The notes beneath the pieces are model-generated. The model saw only the letters and a program-made list of their open reading frames with translations, had not been told where the DNA came from and searched no databases. DNA of 64,000 nt from Emiliania huxleyi CCMP1516 (lineage: Eukaryota), in assembly GCF_000372725.1 (NCBI RefSeq), contig NW_005202428.1, forward strand, positions 2,593,791 to 2,657,790, written 5' to 3'. The translations under genes were made by a program, and so were the position numbers. Below, in pieces: positions 1 through 10,780 of the stretch. The number at the start of each line of letters is the position of its first letter. The first letter of the stretch is position 1.

Positions 1-2537
1 CCCGAGCCAGACCGGCGAGAGAAGGGGTGGCGCGGTGCGCTGGCCTCCTCCCTCTGCGCCTGGTCGCAGCCTGCCTCTCGAGCCCCCCCTACCTTCTCGC
101 AGGCGCGCTGGCCTCCTTTTTCCGCGCCACCGTCGGGGTGCTCCTCTCGGTGGCGCAACGGACAACCCTCCTCTTCACCGGGTTCGCCCTCTTCTTCGAC
201 GAGCGGTACGAGGAGGTGACGGCGGGACGCGCGGCGATCAACCCGCTCGTCTGCTGCATGGTTGCCGGCTTCGTGACGAGCAACCTGACCGCGGGGGGCC
301 ACGCCTTCCACGAGGCGGTGACGGACCTGTCTGGCCCGATCTACCTCCTCTTCTTCACCTTCACGGGCATCACGATGGACCTGGGCGTGCTGTGGCGCAA
401 CCGCTCCGCCTGCATCCTCCTCTTCGGCTCGCGCTCCGTCTTCATCGTCCTCGGCTCGCGGATTGGCGGCCAGCTCGGCGGCCAGCCAGCCGAGTACTAC
501 AACCGCTACTGGATGTCCTTTCTCACTCAGGCGGGCGTCACGCTCGGCCTCGCCCAGTCGGTCGCCCCCCACTTTGTGTGGGGCCCCGACTTTGCGGCTT
601 GCATCGTCGCGCTGGTCGTGTGCAACCAGATCGTCGGCCCGCCCCTCTTCAAGCACGTCATCAAGCTCGTCAACGAGTCCAACATCGGGTACAACCCCGC
701 GGAGGTGCCAAAGACTGGCTACGGCCCGCGGATCCGCAACCTCGGCAACGTCAAGAACTCGTCGCTCGGCAAGCCCAAGCCGCGCGGCGTGCTCTGCATC
801 AAGAGCGCCGACTCGCCCCTCGGCGAGGCGATCACGCGCCGGCTGCGCGAGCTGCAGTGGGAGGTGCTCGTCGCCGACGAGACCTTCTCGCTCAACACGA
901 GCGTGGACGAGTCGGAGCAGCTGGAGAAGCGCTCGCGCTACAACATCATCGGCCTGCCCGACGAGCTGCAGCGCGAGCTCCTCTCCCGCGAGGGGGCGCA
1001 GGGCATGCCGATCAAGCCGTGGGAGAAGCTCGTCGCCCACCGCTCCATGCCAACCATGCCAAAGCTCCCAATCTCCGAGAGAGACCTCTGGGGCGGCTCC
1101 CCCGTCGTCGCCACGCCGCGGCGCCGCGCCGACGAGGCCCTCCCGTCCGGCTGGGAGCAGCGTCTCTTCACACCTCGCCTGTGGACAGGCGCAGCCCCGA
1201 CCAGGCCCTCGCCGCCCTCCACTCGCGCGGCTTCGGCTCCAACCCGCTCGAGCGGTCCCGGATGCTCGCCTCGAAGCAGCTCGGCTCCGACGCCGTCAGC
1301 TTCGCCGCCGCTGCGGCGCGCACGCCCTTGCCCCGGCTCGACCTCGGTCGCTTCGACGTCGAGTCCGGCGAGGGGCAGGTGCTCGGCTCGCGGCGGACGC
1401 AGATGCCGCAGCGCAGCGGCTCGGTGCGGCGGGCGAGAGCTTCCCTTCAGCGTTCCGGCGCGTCTTCACGGCTGCACGTGTGAGCAGGTGCGGCTGACAG
1501 CGGGCGAGCCTCGCGAGCCGCGCCGCTCGCCGAGGTCCGGCTCCGGGGGCCGTGCCCACACGCCTCGCGGCCGGCGCGGCTCGCACGACCTCGAGGACGA
1601 CCCGGCCCGGTACGCGTACTCGATGCGGCTGCTCTGGCTGGCAGCGTCGATGAAGAACCTCGACGTGATCCTCGTCCTCGTCTCGTCCGATTCGGAGTGC
1701 CTCGAGGTCTGCCGCCTCGTCAACGAGCTGATGCCGATGATCGAGCGGTCGCGCAAGGCGAGCTGGTCCAAGCCGCCGCAGGTCGTCATCTCGCTCGAGG
1801 ACGAGACGCAGGCGCACCAGCTCACGCCGAGCCCAAACTGCGAGCCGCCGCTCGTGATCGGGCCGCGGCTCGCGCTGCCGCGCCTCATCTGCGAGGTGCT
1901 CCACCCGACGGCGCACTACACGGGCTCGTTCGAGTCGTCCCCGCTCCTCGACGACTCGCTCTCGGTGTCGGACCTGTCCGACCTCGGCCACATGCTCGAC
2001 TTCGGCGACCCGGGCAACGGCCGGAGGGAGGCGGAGAGGCACCACCTCGGCCAGGGCGGCTTCGACCCACCGCCGCGCAGGCGCAGCGGCGAGGGAGCGG
2101 GCCGCGGGCCGGGCTCGACGCCCTCGCTCGCAGGCCGCTCCCGCGGCTGGATGGCGTCGATGGAGGAGGCGTCGGCCGAGTCGTCCTTCGGCGAGCGGTC
2201 GGCCGAGTCGTCCTTCGGCGAGCGGGCCAAGGGCGGCGCAGCCGGCGCGCCCTCCGCCGCGCCTCCGCCGGCCGCCGGCCCGGCGGAGTGGGAGGCGCTC
2301 GCAGCGGGCGGCGGCGGGGGCGCGTTCGAGGGGACCGCCGAGGGCGCCGCCGAGGACGAGGGCGGGTGGGACGAGCCGGCCGAGCCGGCGTGGGGGGGCA
2401 GCCCCGCGGCGGGCGACAACGCGCCCGCCGCGTCCGACGCGCCCTTTTTTTCCGCCGCGGGCGACGAGGCGGAGAACCCGCCGCCGAGCGAGGCAAAGAG
2501 CTCCGCGCCGCCAGGTGGCGCGCTCGACATGCTGTAG
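1..2537 (+). CDS. Cation/proton antiporter (Na+/H+ exchanger-like) membrane protein, 5' end outside window, spliced
   Basis: Several hydrophobic helices with CPA-type motifs (LLFFTFTGITMDL, LTQAGVTLGLA, NQIVGPPLFK), then a long soluble tail. Probable short introns near 1145-1188 and 1430-1487. Confidence 0.7.
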   Translation, partial: RARPAREGVARCAGLLPLRLVAACLSSPPYLLAGALASFFRATVGVLLSVAQRTTLLFTGFALFFDERYEEVTAGRAAINPLVCCMVAGFVTSNLTAGGHAFHEAVTDLSGPIYLLFFTFTGITMDLGVLWRNRSACILLFGSRSVFIVLGSRIGGQLGGQPAEYYNRYWMSFLTQAGVTLGLAQSVAPHFVWGPDFAACIVALVVCNQIVGPPLFKHVIKLVNESNIGYNPAEVPKTGYGPRIRNLGNVKNSSLGKPKPRGVLCIKSADSPLGEAITRRLRELQWEVLVADETFSLNTSVDESEQLEKRSRYNIIGLPDELQRELLSREGAQGMPIKPWEKLVAHRSMPTMPKLPISERDLWGGSPVVATPRRRADEALPSGWEQRLFTPRLWTGAAPTRPSPPSTRAASAPTRSSGPGCSPRSSSAPTPSASPPLRRARPCPGSTSVASTSSPARGRCSARGGRRCRSAAARCGGRELPFSVPARLHGCTCEQVRLTAGEPREPRRSPRSGSGGRAHTPRGRRGSHDLEDDPARYAYSMRLLWLAASMKNLDVILVLVSSDSECLEVCRLVNELMPMIERSRKASWSKPPQVVISLEDETQAHQLTPSPNCEPPLVIGPRLALPRLICEVLHPTAHYTGSFESSPLLDDSLSVSDLSDLGHMLDFGDPGNGRREAERHHLGQGGFDPPPRRRSGEGAGRGPGSTPSLAGRSRGWMASMEEASAESSFGERSAESSFGERAKGGAAGAPSAAPPPAAGPAEWEALAAGGGGGAFEGTAEGAAEDEGGWDEPAEPAWGGSPAAGDNAPAASDAPFFSAAGDEAENPPPSEAKSSAPPGGALDML

Positions 2538-3769
2538 CGGAGCCGACATCCTGTGTAGAGGAGGGGCGTGGATGCGGAGGAGGAAGGACTCGGGAGATGC
2601 ATGCGCATTGGCCCCTGCGAGAGATACAGTACGTGCGGCGGGGCGCGGGGGGTGCCGCGGGGGAACAACCGGAACTCAAGGTGCGGGGTGCGCGTTTGAT
2701 TCGGCGCAGCCGCAGAGGAGAGATGCAGATTGTGGGCGGGAGTCCTACCAGAGCGTCTCTGTGACCGCCGCGGGAGGTCTGCGAGTCGATTATACGTCAG
2801 TAAGTGGTGTGTACATACACACTCACCTCGCTCTCCGTGAGCGTGACCACACCACACGATGTGTGGGATGTGCAACCTGAGCACCCAAACTCTGGGCTGG
2901 CGCGGGGGGCCCAGAGGGTGTCCATGCGGCGGGGGGGGAGATTGGGTCCCATGGCCCGCCGCAGGCGCCGATTTTTCCGATTTTTCACATGTTTTCTTTT
3001 TTTGTCCGATTGTTTACAATCGGTACTTGTTTTCATGGGAATTCGGCGTCCTTGCGGGGCCATGCTATCACGCCTTGCGACAGCCTGTCGGCGCTGCTGA
3101 CCGTGCCATGATGCACAATTGATCACCTGCATAGCTCGCGGCCTTAGTCTTCGGCATTCAGTGACGACCTGATCGTACGGCCAGTAGGAAGGTGTCCTTC
3201 CATCGTGTGCACGCTTCTGACGCAATGCCGTCACAAACTGCCTCAGATTGGCTGCTGGCACTCTCGAGGCTATGCCTACACAGCCTCGCGCGCATGGGCA
3301 GTCAAGAGGGACCACGCACCTTCTCCGGACAGCGCCGGTGCCTCTCTCTTGGACCGGCAAACGTGGTGGTCTCGTGTCACCAATGTGGGACCAGTGCGGC
3401 ATCGCGCCATCGACAGCTCTGAACTGCGCCTCACCACTGACCGGGAAGGCCGCCAAGGGGGCCAGCACCGGTCGCACATTGTGGCAGCAGTCAGCAGTGC
3501 ATGTCGGATAGCTAGAGCAGCAGCATCAGGGTCGCAGGGTCGGATCGTGTCAAGCCTCTCGCCCGGCCGGCCGCGTGCAGACGTCGGCCTGTCTGCTGTC
3601 TGGAGTGATCTGTCGCACATTGTGGCACCTGCTGTCTGGAGTGATCTGAAGGTGGACTGTGCCACCCTTCTCCCTTGAGAGACAAAGTGAGACTGTTGCT
3701 GTGACCAGGCTGAGACAACACAGAGATCGGTGAGAGTCTGTGAGACATTACTGAGACGCACTTGTGACA

Positions 3770-4184
3770 CTGGCTGCCCCGGGGGGGCGTTTTGAGACAG
3801 GGACGAAACACCTGGCTCCTGGGCTCGCCCTGCGGTGTGTGTTCAGGCGGCTTTATTGCATGTTCCGATTGTTCGATGTGTGTTGCTTATCGAATCGATT
3901 ACCCATTACGCGACACGCGTGTCGCGTGTCTTTCGGCAGAACTGACTCTAGGAAGGGGCGGAAATACGAGACCAGTCGACTTTTGAATCGCAATCGGCTG
4001 CCGAGGGACCATGATCCATGTGGAAGACGGCTAGTGCTAGTCCCCCATCGGGAGGACGACCCGCCGGCTAGTCGCCGACCACACCCACAAAGAACCCTGC
4101 ACAAAGATCGCAAGGGCGGGGACCTGTTCCTTTTTACCCATCTCACAGTAGAGAGGTGTCCGTTTTTATTTATTTATTTATTTA
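3770..4184 (+). mobile_element. Retroelement-like remnant ending in a (TTTA)n tail
   Basis: 3' end CAAAGATCGCAAGGGCGGGGACCTGTTCC...CCCATCTC...GTCCGTTTT(ATTT)n is homologous to 10671-10760 and partly to 12710-12745 (-). Left boundary uncertain. Confidence 0.55.
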
Positions 4185-4208
4185 ATCGGCTGCTCTCAAG
4201 GTGCAAAC

Positions 4209-4976
4209 ACACACACGGGGTGATGCTCTGATAAACCCTCTGGATCTTCGACAAAGGTCGGATATTTCTTTTTTCAAAGTGCAAGGTGTGAATACGAGGT
4301 TTATGATAGGGCTACTACGACGAACTATGCGGCAATCGACTGGGCGCCTGGCGCCCGACCACCCCCGCGCAAAGACCTCGTAGTAGCCCTCCCCGTAACC
4401 GACTTGGCCGGACGTGTCCAGGCCGCTGTCGCCGCGCAGATCGGCGCGAGCAGTCGCTCGAGGGGCTCTACTGGCTGGCGGTGCTCAAGGGGAAGGCGTA
4501 CACGCTGGCCGAGGACACGGTCGTCAACACTGACACCATCCCCGCGGGCTATCTCGTGGTCAAGGCGCATTGGCTCAGGCTCGAGCAACGCGAGTGCGAG
4601 GGCAAGCTTCGCTCCTACACGCTGCTCGAGGCCGAGACGCTCATCATCGTGAATCACATGGTGCGGCTGGCGGGCTTGCGCTTCTCGCCCGGCCCGGGCG
4701 GCCCTGCGGACCGCCAGCTGAGGAGCGCGCGCGAGAAGCTCTTTTATATTGGCCTATAGACGCATTACTCGCTCGAGGCGTGCTGCAGTGAAGACCAGTC
4801 TTATTGAGCCTGTTTGGAGGCGTCGATTTGTGCAAAAATGTGTGTTAGAGAGCGCTAGATGGCAAAATTTTCGTCGCCTCCGGCGGGGCTGCTCGCCGCG
4901 GGGCTAGAGAGTGACTTTTGTCGATGTCGGCTAGAAGTGCTGCACGTTTTTCAGAATTTCACCCCACGGCTCTGAG
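4209..4976. mobile_element. Internally deleted DNA-transposon-like remnant with imperfect TIRs and an ORF fragment
   Basis: GGGGTGATGCTCTGATAAAC near 4217 resembles the reverse complement of the right end (GGGGTGAAATTCTGAAAAAC). A broken coding-like segment lies at ~4400-4790. Confidence 0.35.
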
Positions 4977-4988
4977 GCTTTGACACGG

Positions 4989-6527
4989 TCAGGCCCCGCC
5001 CACCGGCCGATTGTTCTCGAAGACGTACTCGAGCATCTCGCGCACCGCCGTGCCGACGTTCTCCGAGTGGCGGATGGTCACGCCGTGCCGCTCACAGATC
5101 TGGCGGTACTCTGCGTACACGCGCGGGAAGTGCGCGCAACTCAGCGTGGGCATCGCGTGGTGGAGCGACTGCGCGTTGAGGCCGGCGGCGAGCGCGGTGA
5201 CGAGCTGCTGCTCCGGCATGGGCGTCGCCGCGCCGAGCGAGTAATCGAGCGACGCGTGGATTTGCCGCGCAGTCCAGCAGCCGCTCTGGGCCTGCGTGGG
5301 CTGGCAGCTCTGCTGCACGTGGCTCACCTGCGTCATCGTCGTGAAGATGAGGCTCATCCCGACCCACGGCCACACGAGCAGCCACAGCCCGAGCAGCGGA
5401 GCCTGCGGGAGCCACACGAGCAGCGGGTAGAGGAGCACGAGCAGCGAGGGCAGCACCGACAACCACAGCGTGCGCTTCGAGACCGCGGCCGGCACGGGCG
5501 TCACGTTGACGTCGTAGTTGGGCGTCGGCTTCTCACGCAGCGTGCGCAGCGGCTGGAGGATGGAGGTGCCGAGCGTGGTGAGGAAGCCCTTCCACACAAA
5601 CGTCCACCCCTCGTTGAAGCTCGACTCGGCGCTCGCCATGCGCGGCATCGCGTCCGAGATGAGCGCCGGAGCAAAGTGGTGGCAGTCGACGTCGTGCTCG
5701 TAGTCGTTGGTGTACTGGTGGTGCGAGAGGAGGTGCTGCGGGATCCAGACGAAGACGTTGAAGCAGATCGGGTGTGACGTGAACTGGGCCCAAAAATTGA
5801 TCCGCGGGTCCGTGTGCAGGTTGCCGTGCGTCGCCTCATGTACGGTGTGGGCGATGAGCACCCAGTGGACAAATGGGAGCAGAAGGCACGCGAGCGCCGA
5901 GCCTTGCACCCAGCCCGCCCAGCATGCCACGGTGCCGACGAGGGCGGCAATCGTGCGCGCCCAGTGCGCCGCGGACGCCTTCGACGAGGCCGGAGTGGGA
6001 AACTCGCGCCGCAGCATCTCCGCCAGATCCCGCCGCAGCTCCGACTCGATGGGCGGCAGAGGCGGCGCCTCGGGCACCGGCTTGCCATCGAGGCCGGCGA
6101 GCACGTAAGGACCCTGCAACGTGCCTTCGCTCGCCTGCTCGGACGGAAACGGGCACGGCCTGCTGGGCTGCGGCAACGATTCGGACTTGAGGCGTGGCAG
6201 ACGGCTCAGTGCCGCCGTCGCAAGCTTCGAGTTCTTCATGTGAATGGCATGGAAGAGCGCAGTCACGTCGCGGCCGCGTGCGTACTCGAGGAGCCAGCGG
6301 CCGCCCGGGTGCTCGTCCGCATAGCTCGACAGATCGTACCACGCGCCGTCGATCCGCAGCGGCAGCGATGTGGTGCTGACACGCTCACGCTGGCCGGCGC
6401 CTCTCGAGCGAGGCTTGGCGCCGGCGGCCGGCTCGGCGAGGGCAACCATGCGCAGGCTGGAGGAGGGTAGGCGTGCGTGCGTGCGCGGGGAGAGGCCAAC
6501 GAGACAGGTGAAAGCGTTCGCTGCCAT
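4989..6527 (-). CDS. Front-end fatty acid desaturase with N-terminal cytochrome b5 domain
   Basis: HPGG heme motif; His boxes HEATH, QHLLSHH and QSLHH (Q-first third box); intronless; first ATG at 6527 (MAANAF...). Confidence 0.92.
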   Translation of the reverse strand: MAANAFTCLVGLSPRTHARLPSSSLRMVALAEPAAGAKPRSRGAGQRERVSTTSLPLRIDGAWYDLSSYADEHPGGRWLLEYARGRDVTALFHAIHMKNSKLATAALSRLPRLKSESLPQPSRPCPFPSEQASEGTLQGPYVLAGLDGKPVPEAPPLPPIESELRRDLAEMLRREFPTPASSKASAAHWARTIAALVGTVACWAGWVQGSALACLLLPFVHWVLIAHTVHEATHGNLHTDPRINFWAQFTSHPICFNVFVWIPQHLLSHHQYTNDYEHDVDCHHFAPALISDAMPRMASAESSFNEGWTFVWKGFLTTLGTSILQPLRTLREKPTPNYDVNVTPVPAAVSKRTLWLSVLPSLLVLLYPLLVWLPQAPLLGLWLLVWPWVGMSLIFTTMTQVSHVQQSCQPTQAQSGCWTARQIHASLDYSLGAATPMPEQQLVTALAAGLNAQSLHHAMPTLSCAHFPRVYAEYRQICERHGVTIRHSENVGTAVREMLEYVFENNRPVGGA

Positions 6528-6590
6528 AGATGCGAGCTTCTGAGAAAAAGGCGCTGAAAAGAATTTTGGTTCGGGAGAATCGTTTCCTGC

Positions 6591-6655
6591 CTGTGTGGTG
6601 GCGGCGTGCCGTCCTCCCATCCCTCCCTTGCTTGTCTGTTTTCTTTCTTTCTTTC
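6591..6655 (+). repeat. ~60-bp dispersed repeat with (TTTC)n tail (SINE/LINE 3'-end-like)
   Basis: TGTGTGGTGGCGGCGTGCCGTCCTCCCATCCCTCCCTTG(G)TTGTCTGTTTT(CTTT)n recurs at 33232-33276 (-), 58824-58881 (+), 58882-58950 (-, variant), 63292-63342 (-) and 63443-63507 (-). Confidence 0.85.
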
Positions 6656-6835
6656 AGCATGGCGCGGTATGGTCCCGAGTTGGGAACACCTATCCATGCT
6701 CGCTGTTAGTGGTGGTGCTCTAACCTCCGAGAGAAACCCATCGGGTCGCTGCTCATTGCAAACCCTGTCAGCAGAGTCCTCCTACGGGAATGTTCGTAAC
6801 ACTCAGGCTGGGATGAAAACATTTTTAAAGAATTC

Positions 6836-7510
6836 TTAAAGGAAAGAAACAAACCCAAGAAACCCAGCCGCGAAGCCATCATGAATTCTGTCTGGGTCTG
6901 GAGCTCTGGAGCGAGAAAAGTAAAAGAACATAGGATGGATAGGGCGCCTGTTCACGGCATGGAGGGTGAGCCACGATGAACGTAATGAACGTAGAGCCGA
7001 ACGAGAGGAAGCCGGGGAAGACGACTCCGAGGAGGACGAAACACCAGTGGTAATCCCGCCATCAGCCTGTCACGATATACCCGAAGGGAGCCCCAGTGCC
7101 AACATCGACCGTTGAGGTACAAGTGTTCGAAGAGAGAGTGGACCTGAGCAACGACATGACTTGGAGGCAAATGATCGGAGTGGGAGTCAGAAATGTGGTC
7201 CTTGCGCGAGGGGAGCTCGATAAACTCGAGGGGCCAAATTATGCCGCGAGGAGGGCGGAGTGAGTTGCGCAGAGCGGCGAGAGAAGCAGCGAGAGCAAGG
7301 CAGACGGCAGCGGCGTCTCACAGAACGAGGCCGAGGAGAGCGATGAGTCAGAGGATGAAATAGCAGGGGAGAGAACGAGGACGAGAGTGAGAAGAACGAG
7401 ATTTGGCATGAAGGTCGCTGCGAGAATTGGTGAGAAACTGCGAAGAGAGATAGGAAGTGGTAGACGCCCGAGGGTGGACGACGGCTAGCACCACACTCCT
7501 CTCCTTAAAA
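6836..7510 (-). mobile_element. Degenerate interspersed element with TTAA at both edges
   Basis: Its minus-strand 5' ~145 bp (TTTTAAGGAGAGGAGTGTGGTGCTAGCCGTCG...) matches 63509-63650 (+). Its other end reads TTGGGTTTGTTTCTTTCC, like the dispersed 3'-tail family. Lower GC than flanking genes. Confidence 0.55.
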
Positions 7511-7561
7511 TGTCCTCCCATCTTTGCCTGACCTCTGGAAATTCTTTCTTTTCCGTTTGTC

Positions 7562-8590
7562 ATGCACCGCCTCCGCCTCTGCTGGCGTAACGGCGTCGCC
7601 TCGCGGCTGGGCCGAACGTTTTGCATCCCAGCCAGCACGGCCGCACCGGCCACGCCTTTGCCCGCCGCCGCTGGCGTGCCAGCTTCCGCCTCTGCCGCTG
7701 CGTCCGCCCGTGTCCGCGAGCTGCGCAGCTTCTGGGCGGAGCTCGGGCTTCCGCATGGGCCGAGCCTGCGCCTCGCGCGCCTCGCGGCCTCCGAGGGCAC
7801 CGCATGGAGCCGCCCGGACGTGCTGCGATCGAGGCTGGCTGCGCTCCGCGCGGAGCTGCCCTCGCTGCCGCTGCCGCTGCTGCTGAGCGACGCGCCAGGC
7901 CTGCTGCTCTACCGGCCACGCAGGCTGCGCGAGAAGCTCGATGCCCTCCGCGGCCTGCTGCCCGCCGCCGACCTGCTCCGACTCGTCCGGCGGGTTTCGC
8001 CGAGTAGATGCGGCATAGTCTACGCCGAGTAGATGCGGCAAGTTGGACGGCCTGTGGCGCTCACAAAAGAGGCGCGGCGAGCAGATGTGGTGGTGAACTC
8101 TTTATTTGCGCCTCTAGCACTCGCGGGACACGCTCTGGCGACCGCAACGCACCACCCTGCTTGACCTCGGCGGCTGGTGGCGGGAAAATTAGCCATCGTC
8201 GCCACCGCCTCCAAGCCCGCCTTAACCGTCGCCACCGCCGCCGTCACCGCCGCCTCCGAGCCCGCCGCCCTCTCCTCCCCTGCCCTCTCCCGCCCCAGGC
8301 CCCCGACATGCTCTCGCGAGACATGGCCAAGCTGGAGGACCGACTAGCGGCACTGGGCGGGCTCGAAGGAGCCGACGCGCCGACGCTGGCGGCGGAGCAC
8401 CCGAGACTGCTGCGCGAGGACGCGGCGATGCTCAGCGGAGCGGGCGGCCGTGCTGTGAAGAGGCGCTGTTCACACCTGCACCGAGCTGTGCGCAGGCGAT
8501 GCTCCGCGAGCGGGTGGCCGTGCTGCGGCGCGCCTTCTCGCCGACGCTGCTGCGGCGAGTGCCTCGCGACAGGCGCTCGCCCCGGCCCTC
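7562..8590 (+). CDS. mTERF-like helical-repeat protein, probably organelle-targeted, spliced; 3' end disrupted by an inverted duplication
   Basis: Arg/Ala/Ser-rich presequence; repeats LLLSDAPGLLLY..LREKL, APDMLSRD..KL and AAEHPRLLRED; introns ~7993-8298 and ~8435-8495. Confidence 0.5.
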
Positions 8591-8807
8591 GCGGGGAGAT
8601 GGCGCGCCGCTGGACGGCCACTCGCTCGCGGAGCATCGCCTGCGCACAGCTCGGTGCAGGTGTGAACAGCGCCTCTTCACAGCACGGCCGCCCGCTCCGC
8701 TGAGCATCGCCGCGTCCGCGCGCAGTAGTGGGGGGTGCTCCGCCGCGAGCGCCGGCGCGTCGTCTCTTTCGACCCCGCCGAGAGCCGCCACCCGCCCCTC
8801 CAGCTTG
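8328..8807. repeat. Inverted duplication (fold-back) next to an assembly gap
   Basis: 8418-8512 is the exact reverse complement of 8623-8717; the outer parts are more diverged. Confidence 0.85.
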
Positions 8808-8808
8808 C

Positions 8809-8908
8809 NNNNNNNNNNNNNNNNNNNNNNNNNNNNNNNNNNNNNNNNNNNNNNNNNNNNNNNNNNNNNNNNNNNNNNNNNNNNNNNNNNNNNNNNNNNN
8901 NNNNNNNN
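8809..8908. other. Assembly gap (100 N)
   Basis: Run of n. Confidence 1.
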
Positions 8909-9519
8909 GCCGGCTCGAGTACCTCTCGGCAGTCTACCCCGGCGTGCGGGGCCACGTCGGCGACTTGCGACTCGTCCGCATGAAGACGTCGCCTCCTCCC
9001 GCAAACAGCCCCCCCCACGCCCGGCCAGCAACCTGACCGCCACGCCGCGAGAGACTTGCATAGGCACCTCTTCCGCAAGGCCTACCGCCCGCGCCGCCTC
9101 ACCCCCGCCAAGCGAAACGCCCTCCGCCGCACCACTGCGCTCGGCCCTGTCCGGCCGGCGGCGGAGGCGCCGCTCCGACCCACCACCAGCGCACCAGCCC
9201 ACGCCCCACTCCCGCTACCCCTCCCCCGCGTGCCCCACCGCCTCGCGCCGCTCTGCAGCAGCCCCACCACCACCCGCCCGGCCCCGGAGCCACGGAGCGA
9301 GCTGCCGCCTCTCGAGTAGGTTCCCGCGGGCGCCAACGCCTTCAGAGAGGGGGAGCGACAGCTCGCGCGCTGGCGGGCAGACCTCGCGCGCGAGATTGAG
9401 AGCGAGAGGCGGGCGCCAAGAGGCATCCTCGGTGCTCACAGCGTCGGGCGCAACCACCCTGTCCGGCGGGTGCTGCCGCCGCAGACGGCCCCGCCTCTGG
9501 CCGCGCCCAGCAGGGCCGC

Positions 9520-10760
9520 CCCGTCTTGAGACACAGCTCACAGGAAGGATGCTCTCTCTCACACATTGTTTGTATGTTCTGTATACTGTCTGCCTGGGAC
9601 GCGTTACGTTTCTTCGTGCAACATAAAACTCGCGCGTGGCCGGTGTGTGTGAGTGTGCGTGGGTGTGTCGTGCGCCGGGATGGCGCAGCGGAAACAAACA
9701 AAGATCCGGTGTGCGCGCGCAGCACCCGCCGCGGCCTCTCGCAGCTCGCCGTGGAGCGCAACTGGTGGAGCTTCAGCGTCAACCCGACGCCCATGGGCAA
9801 GCAGTTCATTGTCCAGCCCCAGTCCCAGTGGGAGAGGGACAGGGAGCGGCAGCAGGCCAAGGAGGGCAGTACCCCACCGCAGCCTGTGCCTGCTGCCACC
9901 TCCGCCGCGGCACCGCCCGCAGCACCGCCTGCCGCCGCTGCAGCTCCGGCCGCAGCACCGCAGGCACACCCGCAGCACCAACAGGTGCAGCAACCCCAGC
10001 CCAACGAGTCGCCCGAGGGGTGGACCAGGGTTGGGAAGGGCGGCATGCCGGACAGGTTCACCATGAGGAACCCTGGCCGCAAGCCGCCGGGCAAGGCGGT
10101 CAAGCGCAAGCCTGACCGCCAGCCCGCACCCAAGGGAGGTGGACCCCCACCCCCCTCTCCCAAGGTGAACAAGAACAGGCTGAGCGCGCTGGGCGCTGGC
10201 CCTTCTGGCACCAGCGGGAGCCACGAGCGCGCACCACCGCGCTCCCCCTCCCCCTCCTCGCCGCCTGCCAAATCACCGCGGCCGTCTGCGCCTGCTTCCG
10301 AGTATGACTCCGAGTTCGACTTTTCCGACGCTGAGGCGCAGGATAGGACGGCAGGGGTCGTACACGACGCAGTTCAGCAGGCTGTGATGCAATACGGCTA
10401 TGACGACGAGCTCTTCCAGGCGTGGAGGGACGGCGAGATACGGCGAAAGGACTTGCCGGAGGAGGTGGTGGCTATGGCTTTGGACCTTTGCGAGAGGTGG
10501 CGAGCGGAGCAAGAGCGGTGTAGGCGCGTCCACGCGGCGCAGCGGCTCTCCCGCGACCCCGGCCCCTCTCGTAGCCGCAGCCGTAGCCGCAGCCCCAACT
10601 CTTGCCGCTCTTCCGTGTCGGGTTGTGACGAGGGGTGAGGGGACACGGATTGAAGTATGAAGATCCCTCACACCAAGATCGTGCAGGGCGGGGACACATG
10701 TCCCTAAATCCCATCTCGTCTCAGAGTTTGCCCGTTTTATTTATTTATTTATTTATTTTA
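9520..10760 (+). mobile_element. Non-autonomous retroelement-like unit with one low-complexity ORF (ATG 9793 to stop 10638) and a (TTTA)n tail
   Basis: Intronless Pro/Gln/Lys-rich ORF followed by GATCGTGCAGGGCGGGGACACATGTCCC...CCCGTTTT(ATTT)n, homologous to 4100-4184. No RT motifs seen. Confidence 0.5.
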
Positions 10761-10780
10761 GCACCCGCGGCGGCCGCGCT

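Noticed and set aside
2171..2227. 27-bp tandem duplication (SAESSFGER x2) in the antiporter tail
   Set aside because: Ordinary in-frame slippage in a disordered region.
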